A DNA stretch of 64,000 bases from Candidatus Latescibacterota bacterium (GCA_965197905.1 CBDAOB010000003.1:448001-512000), one strand, 5' to 3'; positions 28,115-40,053 are shown, counted from the first letter of the stretch. The notes: generated from the sequence alone by a model not told the origin. Made by a program: numbers and translations.

Positions 28115-29461
28115 CTAACCCAGACACAACTCGACCACGTTCTTGATCTCCGGGACCATGGTCTCAGTAAAGGTTTCTTTGATCTTGTCCACGTCTTCCA
28201 TCTTGAGCTCGAGCTTGGCCAACAGCTCGTCGGTGTAGACCCCCTTCTCGTCTGGAAGGTATCCGAGGCCCAGATCCTTACTGAGGTTGTTAACCAGGTA
28301 AAGCAGCGCGGTCAGAACGGTGGACGATTCCGTGACTGTATGGTGTGAGCTCACCGCTTCCACCAGCTCTTTTCTAACGTTGGATTTTATGAGCAGCATT
28401 TGCCCCACACGCTCATGGTGTGCCGCCTCTCCGATTCCCGATTCTGCTTCCCGGAAAGAAGCCAAATCGTCACGCCCCTCGGCCATTTGAGTGACCACGT
28501 TTTGAAAGTGATCCCAAAAGAAGAAACCGAGAATCATCTTGCCGATGTCGTGGAGGATGGAGCTGATCCAGTAGGTATCGAAAGGAATTTCCTCTTTCAG
28601 CGGCACCAGCTTGTCGTTGCATATCTTTTCGAAACACATGGCGCAGCCAATGGAGTGCTCCCAGAACCGCCTTAAATCGAAGGAGCTGTCTTCGGGTTTG
28701 ATGAAGGTATTCATCTTCTTGACCTGTTGGGCGATGGCGCCCGCCTTCTTCAGACCAAGACGAACGATAGCTTCCTTGAGATTCCACTTTCCCGTCTTGG
28801 CAGCCCCCGCAAAAGACGGGGCGCTTACCACCTGCAGCAGTTTCTGGACAATGGCAGGATCGTTGAGCAGGAGCTGCTCCAGCGCCTCTATGTTGGCATT
28901 GGGATCATTCACCATGCGCATGATTCGCAGCACGATCTCGGGAATCGCGGGGAGGGTCTGCAATCCTTTTACCCTGATCTCTACCCGCTTCTGCAGCTCC
29001 TCGTAGGGGATCTCCTCCTCATTGTTGATCAGCTCCTCGAGACTGCCCTTCAGGTTCTTGGCGATTACCACGCGTAGAGAGTCTGGAGCGTTCTGAAACG
29101 ACCTTTCCCAGGAGCAGACGAAGACGTTTTCGAGACCTTTGCAGACGATCTTGAGCGAACTTTCCGTTGCCAACGGGCAGAGGATGAAGACTGGAATCTT
29201 GCCCTGAAGGCTCAACGCATACACGAACATTTTGTTGGTGATCTTTTCGTTCTGGACAATAAAAACGCTGCGCACGGTAGTTCCATGACCACGAAGTAAT
29301 CCCGCAGCTTCCTTGAGATCCTCGGCGAGAACTACCTGCTGGGCGTACTGATAGTTCAGGGTCAGAACAATGTATTTGAACAGCGTCTGTTGAACCTTGC
29401 CCTCTTGTTTGACGACGAGACCGTAACTCTCATCAGCGTCCAGTAATGACCTGTTTGTCAT
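28115..29461 (-). CDS. HDOD domain protein with an N-terminal degenerate receiver-like region
   Basis: LPAIPEIVLRI, DPAIVQKLL, EAIVRLG, FWEHS, LHDIGK, HERVG and HH motifs. Confidence 0.88.
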   Translation of the reverse strand: MTNRSLLDADESYGLVVKQEGKVQQTLFKYIVLTLNYQYAQQVVLAEDLKEAAGLLRGHGTTVRSVFIVQNEKITNKMFVYALSLQGKIPVFILCPLATESSLKIVCKGLENVFVCSWERSFQNAPDSLRVVIAKNLKGSLEELINNEEEIPYEELQKRVEIRVKGLQTLPAIPEIVLRIMRMVNDPNANIEALEQLLLNDPAIVQKLLQVVSAPSFAGAAKTGKWNLKEAIVRLGLKKAGAIAQQVKKMNTFIKPEDSSFDLRRFWEHSIGCAMCFEKICNDKLVPLKEEIPFDTYWISSILHDIGKMILGFFFWDHFQNVVTQMAEGRDDLASFREAESGIGEAAHHERVGQMLLIKSNVRKELVEAVSSHHTVTESSTVLTALLYLVNNLSKDLGLGYLPDEKGVYTDELLAKLELKMEDVDKIKETFTETMVPEIKNVVELCLG

Positions 29462-29507
29462 TGGGAAAAACTCATTCGGGGAGATTCAAGCACGGATAGG
29501 ACGTTGT

Positions 29508-29777
29508 TCACGAATTCGGCTCGAGAAAGCGAAGACCCATTCCGGGAGGAGTCCCGTCGACCTGGCGGACGACTTCAAACTCGCCCACGATGCCCAACTC
29601 ACCACCGGTTTCGGGCATCACTTCCACCTCACAAACCGTCCCGGGTGGAAACACCTCGATGCAGCGGGCAAACAAGCCGGACAGCGAAATATCGTTGGTA
29701 AATCCCTTAATAGTCTTGCCGGCACATCGGATGGTTACGGTGACGTCGAACGGAAGACGTGAATCTCTGGGCTTCAA
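29508..29777 (-). CDS. PilZ-domain protein (C-terminus possibly frameshifted)
   Basis: R..R, NDISLSGLF and GEFEVVR...GMGLRF motifs. Confidence 0.72.
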   Translation of the reverse strand: MKPRDSRLPFDVTVTIRCAGKTIKGFTNDISLSGLFARCIEVFPPGTVCEVEVMPETGGELGIVGEFEVVRQVDGTPPGMGLRFLEPNS

Positions 29778-29965
29778 TCGTTAGGTATCCGCTTCGTGAA
29801 TACTGGAAGACGCTGCGAAACAAACTTGGGCGCAGAAGAAATCTGCGATAAATGTAGAGGATTCGGCGTGAGAAGGCTACTCAAGAGGATCGGGCAACAT
29901 TGACCCGTCGGTGCGGATGCCAGAAACCGAAGGCTCCGTTCAGCGGCGGCGGCGGTCCGCACGGC

Positions 29966-31453
29966 TCAGCGGTCCAGGTAGTCCATGCCGCTGAGCAACG
30001 ACCAGCGGTACCGGTCCGGCGGCTGCACCCGGTTTCCCCAGGCCTTGAGAATCTTCTGGTCCTCTCGCTGCGCTCCCATCTGCGCCATCACCCACTCGGG
30101 ATCCCAGTCGTGCAACACCCTGTCGAGCAAACGATCACGAATCTCGAAGCATTTGGGATCTTCGGCACGATCCTCCATCTCCCGCGGGTCTTCGTCCAAG
30201 TTGAATAGCTGACACGGCAGGCCATGGTAATAATTGAGCTTCCAGTCGCCACTACGAACCATCCGTTGAAACACCCCAACCTCCGGATACGACCCACCCT
30301 CACCCTCCCCATCCTGGCAAAACTCCGAAAACGCAATGTCCTCCCACTCGGCAGCTGGATTTCGCAGAATCTCCAGCAGACTGCGCCCGCGCGCCCGCGG
30401 CAAGACAGGAGCCACGAGGGCATCGAGCATAGTGGCGTTGAGGTCGAGCGAACTGATCACTCGTTCACACCGTTCTCCGGCAGGGAGTTGGCCCGGCCAC
30501 GACAAAATGGCGGGCACCTTTGCCGAATCTTCGTAGAAGGTCTGCTTCCACCACAGCCCGTGCTCGCCAACCTGCTCGCCATGGTCGGACATATAGAGAA
30601 TGAGGGTGTTGTCGGCCAGCCCGTTGCGGTGCAGAGCTTCGAGAATCTGCCCGATCATGGTGTCCATGCGCGTCACCAGCGCCCAATACGCCGTACGGGC
30701 GCGGAGCACCTCTTCATCCCCAACTACAACCGTATCGGTAGCCTGCCGCCACTCGGCGATGTGAGGGTGTAGTGTTTCGGAAAACGGTTCCGGCGTGCGC
30801 GGCATCGTCATCCTGCCCTGGTAGATCTCGTAATCCTCCTGCCGCGCCACGAACGGCTGGTGCGGTAACATAAATCCGACGGAGATCGAAAATGGCTCGT
30901 AACCACTGGAACGTTTCTTGGCACCGAGGCGGTTCAGGCAGTCGATGGTTGCCGTTGTCACCTCCTCATCATGGACCTGGTAGGAGCTCTGCCCTGGTCC
31001 CGAGTTGGTCAGACTGATGCGCGCTGGCCCGGCGCACCCGTTCAAATCGCCACGATCGGCGACCGGTTTTCCGCCCGGGTGGTTTGGAGAGTGGTCTCCC
31101 ACCAGACGCTCGGCGTAACCGTGCAGCTGGTCTGGCCCCAGAGAATGCATACGCCCGATGAGCACCGGCCGGTAGCCGGCGGCACCCATTGCATGAGCGA
31201 ACGTCGGGATACCCGAGCTCAGGATGTGGCTGTTGGTCCAAACGTGATTTTCATACGGATACCGTCCGCTGAGCATCGACATGCGCGAGGGCACGCAGAT
31301 CGGCGACGGACAATAGACGTTGTCGAGAACCACACCATTGGCGGCGAGAGCGTCGAGATGTGGGGTCTGCACCAGCGCGTCGCCGTAGCAGCCAGCCACG
31401 AACGGACTGTGTTGATCCGAATGAATGTAGAGAAGGTTGGGTCGCTCACGCAT
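29966..31453 (-). CDS. Formylglycine-dependent (Cys-type) sulfatase, choline-sulfatase-like
   Basis: PNLLYIHSDQH, TPHLD, CVPSR (CxPxR), GRMH, PH and SDHGE..GEHGLWWK motifs. Confidence 0.92.
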   Translation of the reverse strand: MRERPNLLYIHSDQHSPFVAGCYGDALVQTPHLDALAANGVVLDNVYCPSPICVPSRMSMLSGRYPYENHVWTNSHILSSGIPTFAHAMGAAGYRPVLIGRMHSLGPDQLHGYAERLVGDHSPNHPGGKPVADRGDLNGCAGPARISLTNSGPGQSSYQVHDEEVTTATIDCLNRLGAKKRSSGYEPFSISVGFMLPHQPFVARQEDYEIYQGRMTMPRTPEPFSETLHPHIAEWRQATDTVVVGDEEVLRARTAYWALVTRMDTMIGQILEALHRNGLADNTLILYMSDHGEQVGEHGLWWKQTFYEDSAKVPAILSWPGQLPAGERCERVISSLDLNATMLDALVAPVLPRARGRSLLEILRNPAAEWEDIAFSEFCQDGEGEGGSYPEVGVFQRMVRSGDWKLNYYHGLPCQLFNLDEDPREMEDRAEDPKCFEIRDRLLDRVLHDWDPEWVMAQMGAQREDQKILKAWGNRVQPPDRYRWSLLSGMDYLDR

Positions 31454-31578
31454 CTTGGGCTGTAAGGTTGCTCAGAAAATGCCACAAGGATGGGTGGCCG
31501 GCTTGGGCAGCGGCCGCCCGTCGCGATTGCATATAACTCTACTGTTAAATATGTTGGCCGTCCAGGTGACAACGGACC

Positions 31579-32691
31579 ATGACCTCCATAGAACCGAAAG
31601 CTATCACCTACGGCATGTTCATCATGCCCTTTCATCCGCCAGACAAACCCCTGTCCCGGTGTTTCGACGAGGACATTGAACTGGTTGTTCGAGCGGAGGA
31701 GCTCGGCTTCGACGAGTTCTGGATCGGGGAGCACCACACTATGAGGTACGAGCCGATCGTCGTGCCGGAGGTCTTCATCGGCAGGCTGCTCGGCGAGACC
31801 GAGCGCATTCGCCTTGGACCGGCTCCGGTCTGTCTCAACCAACACCACCCGGCGTACGTAGCCACTCGACTGGCATTCCTCGACCACCTCTCGAAGGGAC
31901 GGTTGAATCTTTGTTTCGGTCCCGGAAGCGTTACTGCCGACCAGGAGCTGTACGGACTGGACCCCAAGCTTGGGGGCGCCATGACCCTTGAAGCGATCGA
32001 CGTTATTCTCGATCTGTGGTCCTCGGATCCACCTTATCGCCATGAGGGTGAATTCTGGCAGTTCTCGCTCGAGCAGTTCGTCGACCGGGAAACCCAGATC
32101 GGGTTCATTCACAAACCTCTGCAACAACCACATCCCCCTATCGCCTTACCGGGCATGAGTCGCAACTCCCACAGCTTGAAAGTGGCCGGCCAGCGCGGTT
32201 TTTCACCGTTCTCCACCGCCCTGGTCGCCGGCAATGTGCTGGCGGACAACTGGGAGACCTATGTCACCGCCGCGACGGCAGCAGGCCGCGAACCGGACCG
32301 GAACGACTGGCGCGTCTCACGTGCCATCTTTCTTGCGGATTCCACCGAAGAAGCTCTAAGGCTGGCGCGGTCCAACTCGGTGGGCAAGAACTACGAGTAC
32401 ATCGCTACCTTGATGGATAAGGGCTTGGGACGACAGATCCCCAAGCGCGATCCGGATATGCCCGACACCGACTGCAATATGGACTATTGGCTCACCGAGC
32501 AGATCATCGCCGGCGATGTGGACGAGGTGTTGCGCCGACTCCTGCTTCTCATCGACGAGTGTGGCCGCTTCGGAACCCTCGTCTTGATGGGGTTCGACTG
32601 GGACGACAAAGCAGCGTGGCTGCGCAACCTCGACCTTTTCGCCAACGAGCTGATGCCGGCGTTGAACCGCGCAGTTCGCGTCAGCAGCTGA
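31579..32691 (+). CDS. LLM class flavin-dependent oxidoreductase
   Basis: GMFIMPFHP, WIGEHH, LDHLSKGR and KPLQQPHPPI motifs. Confidence 0.9.
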   Translation: MTSIEPKAITYGMFIMPFHPPDKPLSRCFDEDIELVVRAEELGFDEFWIGEHHTMRYEPIVVPEVFIGRLLGETERIRLGPAPVCLNQHHPAYVATRLAFLDHLSKGRLNLCFGPGSVTADQELYGLDPKLGGAMTLEAIDVILDLWSSDPPYRHEGEFWQFSLEQFVDRETQIGFIHKPLQQPHPPIALPGMSRNSHSLKVAGQRGFSPFSTALVAGNVLADNWETYVTAATAAGREPDRNDWRVSRAIFLADSTEEALRLARSNSVGKNYEYIATLMDKGLGRQIPKRDPDMPDTDCNMDYWLTEQIIAGDVDEVLRRLLLLIDECGRFGTLVLMGFDWDDKAAWLRNLDLFANELMPALNRAVRVSS

Positions 32692-32734
32692 CCTCTCTTT
32701 GGGACGGCGGTCAACTGCGTCGACGTAGCGGCCG

Positions 32735-34233
32735 CTATCCCGCCGCGACCTTCGGGAATAACTGCACGACCGGTTCGAACTCGACCCCCTCGTCGAGCGG
32801 GAACATCGGCCGACGACAGATCCGATGTCCCAGCGTCTTGAGGTCGGCGCTGGTGGACCCGGGGGCGTTCACATTGAAATAAGCCGCCGCCCAGGAATTG
32901 AAGAAGTGCTCCTGACAATGGGGGGATTTCACCACCACGAGATCGAACTGCCGCGGATCACAGCCGTGTGCCAGAAATAGAGAACGGTCGAACAGATTTA
33001 CCGGCTTTGTTGTCGTGATGATGGTCATCCTCCCGGCCTCGAGAACGGCTACGTTGCCGCCATCCTCCGTGCTCCCCCAGGATTCGAAATGATAAGGACC
33101 GGTTGCCAGCATCTTGACCGAAGCCTCCAGATCCAGCGGTATGTAGCGCGCATCGACCGTTCCGCCCAGCGAAAAACGATCCACCTTGCCCACACCTACG
33201 GCGAAAGCTTGCTCCACCGCCGGCGCATCCACGAGAGGTGCCAGCGCCCTGCCGACATAACCCGCCTTCACCAGCGCTGCCAGCACAGCATTGCTGTCGC
33301 CGCTGGCCCCCGAACTGGTGGCATCGGCAGCATCCGCGAAGATCACCGTTCCCTCCACACCCTTGGCCTCGTCGATTGCCTGATCCAGATCTACCAGCGG
33401 CGCTTGCATTTGGGCGCGTTGGTGCCAGAACTCCTCGGCCATCTCCAGGGCAGCACGCTTGGCCGCCTCTGCATCATCGTCGGTGATCACGACGGCCTGG
33501 GAGCAGAGCTCGGGAACGTCTGTAAAGGGGTTGCCGATCATCATGGCGGCGGCGAGAGCCGTATTCGTTTCTTCCAGCCGCTGAGCTCGACGGATCGATT
33601 TCCCGAAAACCCCCGTAGCGGTTATCAGCTCGTCCCCGCGCACCAGAGCCGGAATCGTTACCCGCGCAATCACCGGTCGCACTTCCCCATCCAGAATCCC
33701 CAGCAAAAGTCTGGCGGCGCGTTTTCCGGTATCGGTGAAATCGACGTGGGGATAGGTGTGGAAAACGGTCAGCGCATCGCAGTTTTCCAGCATCCGTGGT
33801 GTTAGAATGCCGTGCATATCGAGGGAATGACCAGCGGGATTTCCGCGCCAAGAATCCGCCTCGCCTCCTGCAGCAGGAACCCCTCCGGGTCCAGCTCCTC
33901 CGTCGCGGCCATGGCACCATGCATGCTGAAGTAGAAACCGTCGACCTTCCCCGATTCAGCTTCCAACGCTTCGATAAACTCCGCGGCCAAACGCTCGAAA
34001 TCCGCCTGGGTGAGTGGCCCGGAGGAATTGGCGGAGGCTCCCATAAGTGGCACCAGCTCCACGTCGCTACGTCCCCCGAAGACCTTGCGCGCGCCGTTGA
34101 TCGAGGACTCGACGTCGAGGTTGGCGGCGAAAAGCTCCTCGCCGCGGACGATGTTGTAGTCGTCGTACCGGGTTTCCTTTGGGTTGAATGACGAGACTTC
34201 CTGCCGGCAATCACCCACGAGGATTCTGAACAT
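32735..34233 (-). CDS. MlrC-like (M81) metallopeptidase, frameshifted at about 33826
   Basis: QEVSSFNP, MHGAM and DPEG in ORF 33802-34269. Adding one T gives VISLDMHG, which continues to TYPHVD, GGSGD-like SGASGD and VVKS in ORF 32735-33817. Confidence 0.82.
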
Positions 34234-34300
34234 GAAATTTTCCTTTAGGGGAGGGTTGTGCTTGAACACTGCTGGAAATCGAACAAACTAGGTCATTGTA

Positions 34301-34338
34301 TGGTCTGATCAACATTGGGCAGCTGGTTGTCTTACAAC
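34301..34338. promoter_or_regulatory. Two candidate GntR/FadR-type operator palindromes
   Basis: TGGTCTGATCA (34301-34311) and GTTGTCTTACAAC (34326-34338) in the divergent intergenic region. Confidence 0.4.
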
Positions 34339-34476
34339 GTCCACACAGGCTCCCTTCGCCTTTTTTGCCCTTTTCGTTATCACAAACAGAATTAGATTAG
34401 GCAATTGCCTGCGAATAACCCCAAAACATGGTGCTGGGTTGTCAGAGCCATGCTCTTTTTGCGGAGGTGAATTGTA

Positions 34477-35424
34477 TTGAAAAGAATCACAAGAATCTGT
34501 GTGTTCGCGTTCATCTTGTCTCTTGCATCCGACACGGAAGCGTCCGACGACGAGTTGCTGATATTCTTCGGCAGTTTTCGGCCCGAGGCCATAGCCGTGT
34601 CGCGTGAGGACGGGGATCTGGCGCGACGGATGGACGATGGGTACTCCCGCGTCGGCGTGCGTGGCCAAACCGATCTGGGTACTTGGACCGGATTCTATCG
34701 CTACGAACGCCGCGTGTCGGCCAACGATGGAGAGTCCGATGGTGCCGCCAGGCCGGATCGCAACGAGCTGCGACAGGTCCACGTCGGCGTCAAGGGCGCA
34801 CCCGGATCCCTATCTATCGGCCGCCATTACGGCCTCTACTACGACTTTATTGACGACGAGCTCGACCGCCACCGCAGTCATTACAGCGACGCCATAGTGT
34901 TCGGCGACCTGTTCGTCTCCAACGCAGCGGTATACCGATCCCCCGATCTGCCACAAGGTAACTTTGGAATCCTGGTCGAACTGAATGACGCAAACGCCAA
35001 TGGGGACGCAGTAGAGGAACGGGTCGAGCTTGCCGGCACCTTCCGGTTGGGGGAAACGTCACTCCACCTAGGATATGTCCACTCTCCGAATCATGACGGC
35101 CTTTTCGGTGCCGTCCTCTCCTATCCGATCGGAGCACTAAACGTTGCCGCCGTGTTTCAGCAACGCGACCAGGGGGCCGCGGATGAACGCCTGTTCAGCT
35201 TGGCGGTAGACGCGAAGATCAGCGAGTCGCGTACGGCTCGAGTTGCCGTTACCCAGCGGAGCGATAGTCCGGATGCAGACCTCGACGACCTCTACCTGAT
35301 CGCGGGAGCCGATCAACGCCTCTCGCAGCACCTACTCGCCTTCCTCGAGGGTTTCGTCCGTGCCGCCGATGGCGCGGGCGCAGACGAAACGGCCCTCGTC
35401 GCGGGGTTTCGCTTCGACTTCTGA
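34477..35424 (+). CDS. Gram-negative porin
   Basis: Signal peptide, [32 protein letters not shown] and C-terminal GFRFDF. Confidence 0.85.
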   Translation: MKRITRICVFAFILSLASDTEASDDELLIFFGSFRPEAIAVSREDGDLARRMDDGYSRVGVRGQTDLGTWTGFYRYERRVSANDGESDGAARPDRNELRQVHVGVKGAPGSLSIGRHYGLYYDFIDDELDRHRSHYSDAIVFGDLFVSNAAVYRSPDLPQGNFGILVELNDANANGDAVEERVELAGTFRLGETSLHLGYVHSPNHDGLFGAVLSYPIGALNVAAVFQQRDQGAADERLFSLAVDAKISESRTARVAVTQRSDSPDADLDDLYLIAGADQRLSQHLLAFLEGFVRAADGAGADETALVAGFRFDF

Positions 35425-35434
35425 GGTCTACGCA

Positions 35435-37546
35435 ATGCCGGACGGTGCATATGTCAGCATTAGCCGACGCTTCAGTCGAGCCTTGATCGGCGTTGTTACT
35501 CTCGTGCTGCTGATCTTCGCCGCTGCAGGTACCTGGTGGAACGCTAGTCGTGCCGCGCAAGAGCTGGAAGCTCGGTTGGCGAGTACTATGGAAATCGCCG
35601 AAACGAGCCTTGCCGAACCCCTGTGGAACTTCGACCGTGAAACCGTGGCCAGCGTTCTTGAGGCGTTGTTGCTGGAAGAATCGATCGTCTACGCGGATGT
35701 CCTTGAGCCAGGAAGCCAAACTCGCGATCCGGCGTTGACTCGACATAGCGAGACTGTTGCCGGGGTCGAGTTCGAAGACCTCGCGAGCGACGACCGCTTT
35801 GCCGTCATGTCCTCGGTGTTGCAGCGCCAAGGCCACGACGTCGGCACGATCCGCGTTGCTCTGTCGAAGTCGGCTATGCGTCGCGACTTGCTTCTCAACA
35901 TCTGGCTAACTCTTGCATTGACCGTTGTCGTAATCGCTTCCATTGCGATTACCTCCGTAGTCATAACCCGGCGCTATGTATCGCAACCCTTGCAGGCTTT
36001 ACAGACATCGGCGGCAGCGATCGAAGGAGGAAACCTTGGAACGGTGACCGACGCCCATGGCAATGACGAGATCGGCCACCTGGCCAGCAACCTGTCATCC
36101 ATGAGAGACTCCATAGGCCACCTTATCGGTCAGCTCGAGATGGCAAACCGGGACCTCGAGCGCAAGGTGGATGAACGCACAGCCGAACTTGCCAAATCTA
36201 AAGAAGAAGCTGAGGGTGCGAACCGTGCCAAGAGCGCGTTCCTTGCCAACATGAGCCACGAATTGCGTACGCCGCTCAACGCAATTCTCGGCTTCACTCA
36301 ACTCCTCAGCCGAGCCGAAGACCTGCGTGAGGAGCAGCGAGACAACCTGCGTATCATCAGTCGCAGCGGCCAGCATCTTCTCGGTCTCATTAACGACGTC
36401 CTCGAGATTTCCAAGATCGAGGCAGGGCGTACGGCGCTGCAACTGGAGAGTTTCGACCTGCATCAGCTCGTTGCCGATCTACGTGAGCTGTTTCAGGTGA
36501 GGGCCAATGAAGCTAGTCTCGTGTTCAGCTGCTCCGTCGCCCCCGAGGTTCCGCACTTCCTACACGCGGATCATGGTAAACTCCGCCAGATCCTTATTAA
36601 TCTCCTCGCCAATGCCCTCAAGTTCACCAAGGCTGGAAGGGTGGAACTACGCGTGACAGGTCGATCGCCTATACGCTTCGCAGTGGAAGACACCGGGGTC
36701 GGAATCGACGCGGGCGACGTCGCCAATCTGTTCGACGCTTTTGTGCAGACGGGAGAGTCCCGGCAGCAAACGGACGGTACCGGCCTGGGTCTGGCTATAA
36801 GTCAGCACTTCGCGCAGACGCTGGGCACCTCTATCACGGTAGAATCGCAGCCTGGAGTGGGCTCGACTTTCGCCTTTTCCCTCGACGCCCGTGAGGCCGA
36901 CCCGGATGACATATCACGGCCGGAACCCGTGCGGACGGTCAAGGGATTGGCTCCCGACCAAGGCCGGCCACGCTTACTGGTTGTCGACGATATCGAGGAG
37001 AATCGTCTCGTTCTCAGGCGTCAGTTGAAACCTCTGGGTTTCGAGATCGTGGAGGCCGCCGACGGCCGCGAGAGTATCGACATGGTTAGGACTCAACAAC
37101 CGCAACTGGTATGGATGGATATGCGGATGCCCGTCATGGACGGATACGAAGCGACACGCCGTATCAAAAGCGAGTTTAGCGAACCGCCGGTCGTCGTCGC
37201 CATCACTGCCTCAGCCTTTGAAGAGGATCGTCACCGGGTAGAGGCTGCTGGATGCGACGTCTTCATTCGCAAGCCATGCGGCGAGCATGAGATCATAGGG
37301 GCCCTGGAAAACACGCTGGGGTTGCGCTTTGTCTACGCTGACGATGATTCGGCGACCAAAACTGCTCCGACAGCCGAGATACCCACAGAGCTGCGGACCC
37401 AACTCTACGATGCCGCCTCCCGTGCTGACGAAGTTGCAGTGGCAGCTCTTCTCGAGCAGCTCGATGGGGATCTCAAACGGGAGTTGGGAGATCTGCTGCG
37501 AGATTTCCAATTCGATCACATCATGACCATGGCCTCACCGGCGTGA
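35435..37546 (+). CDS. Membrane hybrid histidine kinase (periplasmic sensor-HAMP-HisKA-HATPase-REC)
   Basis: Two TM segments, [36 protein letters not shown] and MDMRMP. Start trimmed to MPDGAY. Confidence 0.92.
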   Translation: MPDGAYVSISRRFSRALIGVVTLVLLIFAAAGTWWNASRAAQELEARLASTMEIAETSLAEPLWNFDRETVASVLEALLLEESIVYADVLEPGSQTRDPALTRHSETVAGVEFEDLASDDRFAVMSSVLQRQGHDVGTIRVALSKSAMRRDLLLNIWLTLALTVVVIASIAITSVVITRRYVSQPLQALQTSAAAIEGGNLGTVTDAHGNDEIGHLASNLSSMRDSIGHLIGQLEMANRDLERKVDERTAELAKSKEEAEGANRAKSAFLANMSHELRTPLNAILGFTQLLSRAEDLREEQRDNLRIISRSGQHLLGLINDVLEISKIEAGRTALQLESFDLHQLVADLRELFQVRANEASLVFSCSVAPEVPHFLHADHGKLRQILINLLANALKFTKAGRVELRVTGRSPIRFAVEDTGVGIDAGDVANLFDAFVQTGESRQQTDGTGLGLAISQHFAQTLGTSITVESQPGVGSTFAFSLDAREADPDDISRPEPVRTVKGLAPDQGRPRLLVVDDIEENRLVLRRQLKPLGFEIVEAADGRESIDMVRTQQPQLVWMDMRMPVMDGYEATRRIKSEFSEPPVVVAITASAFEEDRHRVEAAGCDVFIRKPCGEHEIIGALENTLGLRFVYADDDSATKTAPTAEIPTELRTQLYDAASRADEVAVAALLEQLDGDLKRELGDLLRDFQFDHIMTMASPA

Positions 37547-37598
37547 ATACGTTCGAAAGAGCCGGATCTGGTGATCGTAAACGGTTGTTGGAGGCTTT

Positions 37599-39413
37599 AT
37601 GAACGACGAGAATGAAGCCAGGGGAACCGTCCTAATCGTGGACGACACCCTCACTAATATGCGATTGCTCACCCAAATGCTCCGCGATGAGGGTTTCGGC
37701 GTGCGTGGCGCACCGAACGGCGAAATTGCGCTGAACGCTGTGCGTTCGGCGCCGCCGGATGTGATCCTGTTGGATATCAACATGCCTGGCCTCAATGGCT
37801 ACGAGGTTTGTCGAGAATTGAAGGCCGACGCGAATACTCAAAACATCCCGATAATTTTTCTAAGCGCACTGGACGAACCGCTCGACAAAGTCAGGGCTTT
37901 TGACGTTGGCGGAGCCGATTACGTCTCAAAACCCTTCCACATTGAGGAAGTAATCGCGCGCGTGGAACACCAACTGCAATTGCAACATTTACAGCGGGAC
38001 CTCGTCGAGGCACGCATCGCTGCTGAAGCCGCAAACCAGGCCAAAAGCGCGTTCCTGGCCAATATGAGCCACGAGATTCGCACCCCTATGAATGCGATAT
38101 TGGGCTACGCCCAAATCATGTCCGGCGACTCAGACTTGAGTGAGCTGCATCGCCGAGCGGTAGAAACGATAGGGACCAGTGGCCAGCATCTCCTCGATCT
38201 CATAAATGACATTCTCGACCTGTCCAAGATCGAAGCCGGGCGTGAGGAACTCAGCGAGGGGGATTTCGAATTATCAGAGCTCATCGCCGAACTGTCCGCC
38301 TTGTTCGACATGCGATGTGCCCAGAAGGGTTTGGCCTGGCGCCTTGACAGCCGCATCGATTCAACCCGGGTCCGCGGTGACGCCAAGAAGCTGCGTCAAG
38401 CGCTTATCAACCTCCTGGGGAACGCAACGAAATTCACCGAGACGGGAGAAGTGGCACTGGTTCTGCAAGCCGAAGGCGACGACCGTTACCGCTTCGAGGT
38501 TCGCGATACCGGCCCCGGGATTCCCGCTGACCGACAACAGCAGATCTTCGAGCCCTTTCAGCAGGAGGAATCGGGATTGAAGTTCGGAGGTACCGGTCTG
38601 GGACTCGCCATCTCCCGGCGTCACGTCGAACTCATGGGTGGCACCATCGGCGTGCAATCCACGGAAGGCGAGGGCGCGCGATTCAGCATCACTCTTCCCT
38701 TGCCGAAGGGCGAAGACGACGTAGCAACGCCGTCAAAATCTGAATCGATCTGGACGCAGCCTTGTCGGCTTGTTCCGGCTTGCTCTGTACGCGCCCTGGT
38801 CGTCGACGACATTAAAACAAACCGCGAGGTCTTGGATCACCTGCTTGTCGGATTGGGAGTTGAGGTATCCGTGGCGGCCGACGGCAAGAGCGCCCTCCGC
38901 TTCGCCGGGAGAGGTCTAGATATTGCTTTCATCGACATTCGCATGCCCGGGATGGATGGCCTGGAGCTCCTGCATGAGATACGCAAGCATGCCGGCCAAG
39001 GGGCGCCCAAGGCTGTCGCCGTTTCAGCCTCGGCGCTGGAACATCAGAAGCGCGAGTTCCTCGAGGCCGGTTTCGACGCCTTTGTTGGAAAACCCTTCTG
39101 GCGTGGCGAGGTCTGCGGCTGTCTTGTGGATCTTCTCGGCGTTAGCTTCGAGCCGATTTCGGGCGAAGCCGATCCCAAAACCGACATGCAGGAAGACTCC
39201 CGTAGCCCCGGAGGCGAACCTTCGCTATCGGCAGATCGGCTGTCAGCGCTTCGTGACGCCGTCGCACAGCAGAATATTTCTGGTCTACTTCGATGTCTTG
39301 AGGAGCTCGAAAAGGAAGGCTTCGATTCGATCGTTTCCCGGCTTCGTCCGTTGAGTAAAAGCTATGACTTCGAGGCGGTTCGAATCGTGTTGGAAGAAAT
39401 TGCGGAGAGGTGA
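37599..39413 (+). CDS. Cytoplasmic hybrid kinase REC-HisKA-HATPase-REC
   Basis: IVDD / DINMP / [25 protein letters not shown], then a second VVDD / DIRMP / KP. Confidence 0.92.
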   Translation: MNDENEARGTVLIVDDTLTNMRLLTQMLRDEGFGVRGAPNGEIALNAVRSAPPDVILLDINMPGLNGYEVCRELKADANTQNIPIIFLSALDEPLDKVRAFDVGGADYVSKPFHIEEVIARVEHQLQLQHLQRDLVEARIAAEAANQAKSAFLANMSHEIRTPMNAILGYAQIMSGDSDLSELHRRAVETIGTSGQHLLDLINDILDLSKIEAGREELSEGDFELSELIAELSALFDMRCAQKGLAWRLDSRIDSTRVRGDAKKLRQALINLLGNATKFTETGEVALVLQAEGDDRYRFEVRDTGPGIPADRQQQIFEPFQQEESGLKFGGTGLGLAISRRHVELMGGTIGVQSTEGEGARFSITLPLPKGEDDVATPSKSESIWTQPCRLVPACSVRALVVDDIKTNREVLDHLLVGLGVEVSVAADGKSALRFAGRGLDIAFIDIRMPGMDGLELLHEIRKHAGQGAPKAVAVSASALEHQKREFLEAGFDAFVGKPFWRGEVCGCLVDLLGVSFEPISGEADPKTDMQEDSRSPGGEPSLSADRLSALRDAVAQQNISGLLRCLEELEKEGFDSIVSRLRPLSKSYDFEAVRIVLEEIAER

Positions 39414-39417
39414 TGCC

Positions 39418-40017
39418 GTGTTTATCAAGCCCGATGATCCCGAAGCGCCCCCCGGGCTTCTAAATAGTTGTGACGTACCCCGCTCAATTTTTTGGATAAC
39501 GAGCTTGAGTCAGGACGGCATCCGCAATGCGTCGCCGTGGAGTTTCTCCGGAGCCGTGGCCTACAAGCCACCGCAGGTCTTCTTCGCGGTGACCGGGTCG
39601 CGCACGGATGGGCGCCCGAAGGACACCCTTCGGAATGTTCGAGATACGGGCGAGTTCGTGGTGAATTTTCCCACCCGCGACACACGGGAGCAGATGAACA
39701 TCACCTGTGCCTACGTGGAGCCGGAAGTGGACGAGATCGAGCTGGCGAATCTCGAAACGGTTCCGTCCACCCTCGTAGACCCACCGGGACTCGAGTGTTC
39801 GCCGATCCGGTTGGAATGCCGGCTCTTCAAAACCTTGCCCTTGTTGGGAGAGCAGAACACCTTGGTCATCGGAGAAGTGCTGGGATACCACTTCAAGGAG
39901 GAGCTGTTTGTCGACGGCGAGGTGGACTGGCTGGCTTACAAGCCCCTCGCGCGGCTGGGGCGCGCGGATGCGTATTGTGTGGTCGACAACGCCTTCTACA
40001 TGGAGCGGCCGAGGTAA
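39418..40017 (+). CDS. Flavin reductase-like (FMN-binding split barrel) protein
   Basis: PRSIFWITS, NASPWSF, KDTLRNV..TGEFVVN, LECRL and LARLG motifs. GTG start. Confidence 0.85.
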   Translation: MFIKPDDPEAPPGLLNSCDVPRSIFWITSLSQDGIRNASPWSFSGAVAYKPPQVFFAVTGSRTDGRPKDTLRNVRDTGEFVVNFPTRDTREQMNITCAYVEPEVDEIELANLETVPSTLVDPPGLECSPIRLECRLFKTLPLLGEQNTLVIGEVLGYHFKEELFVDGEVDWLAYKPLARLGRADAYCVVDNAFYMERPR

Positions 40018-40053
40018 TAGCGCCGCTCCCGTTCCTCGACTTCACCCTCGTTT

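Noticed and set aside
32735..34233. Microcystin degradation (mlr) cluster
   Set aside because: M81 peptidases are widespread, and no mlrA, mlrB or mlrD-like neighbours are present.
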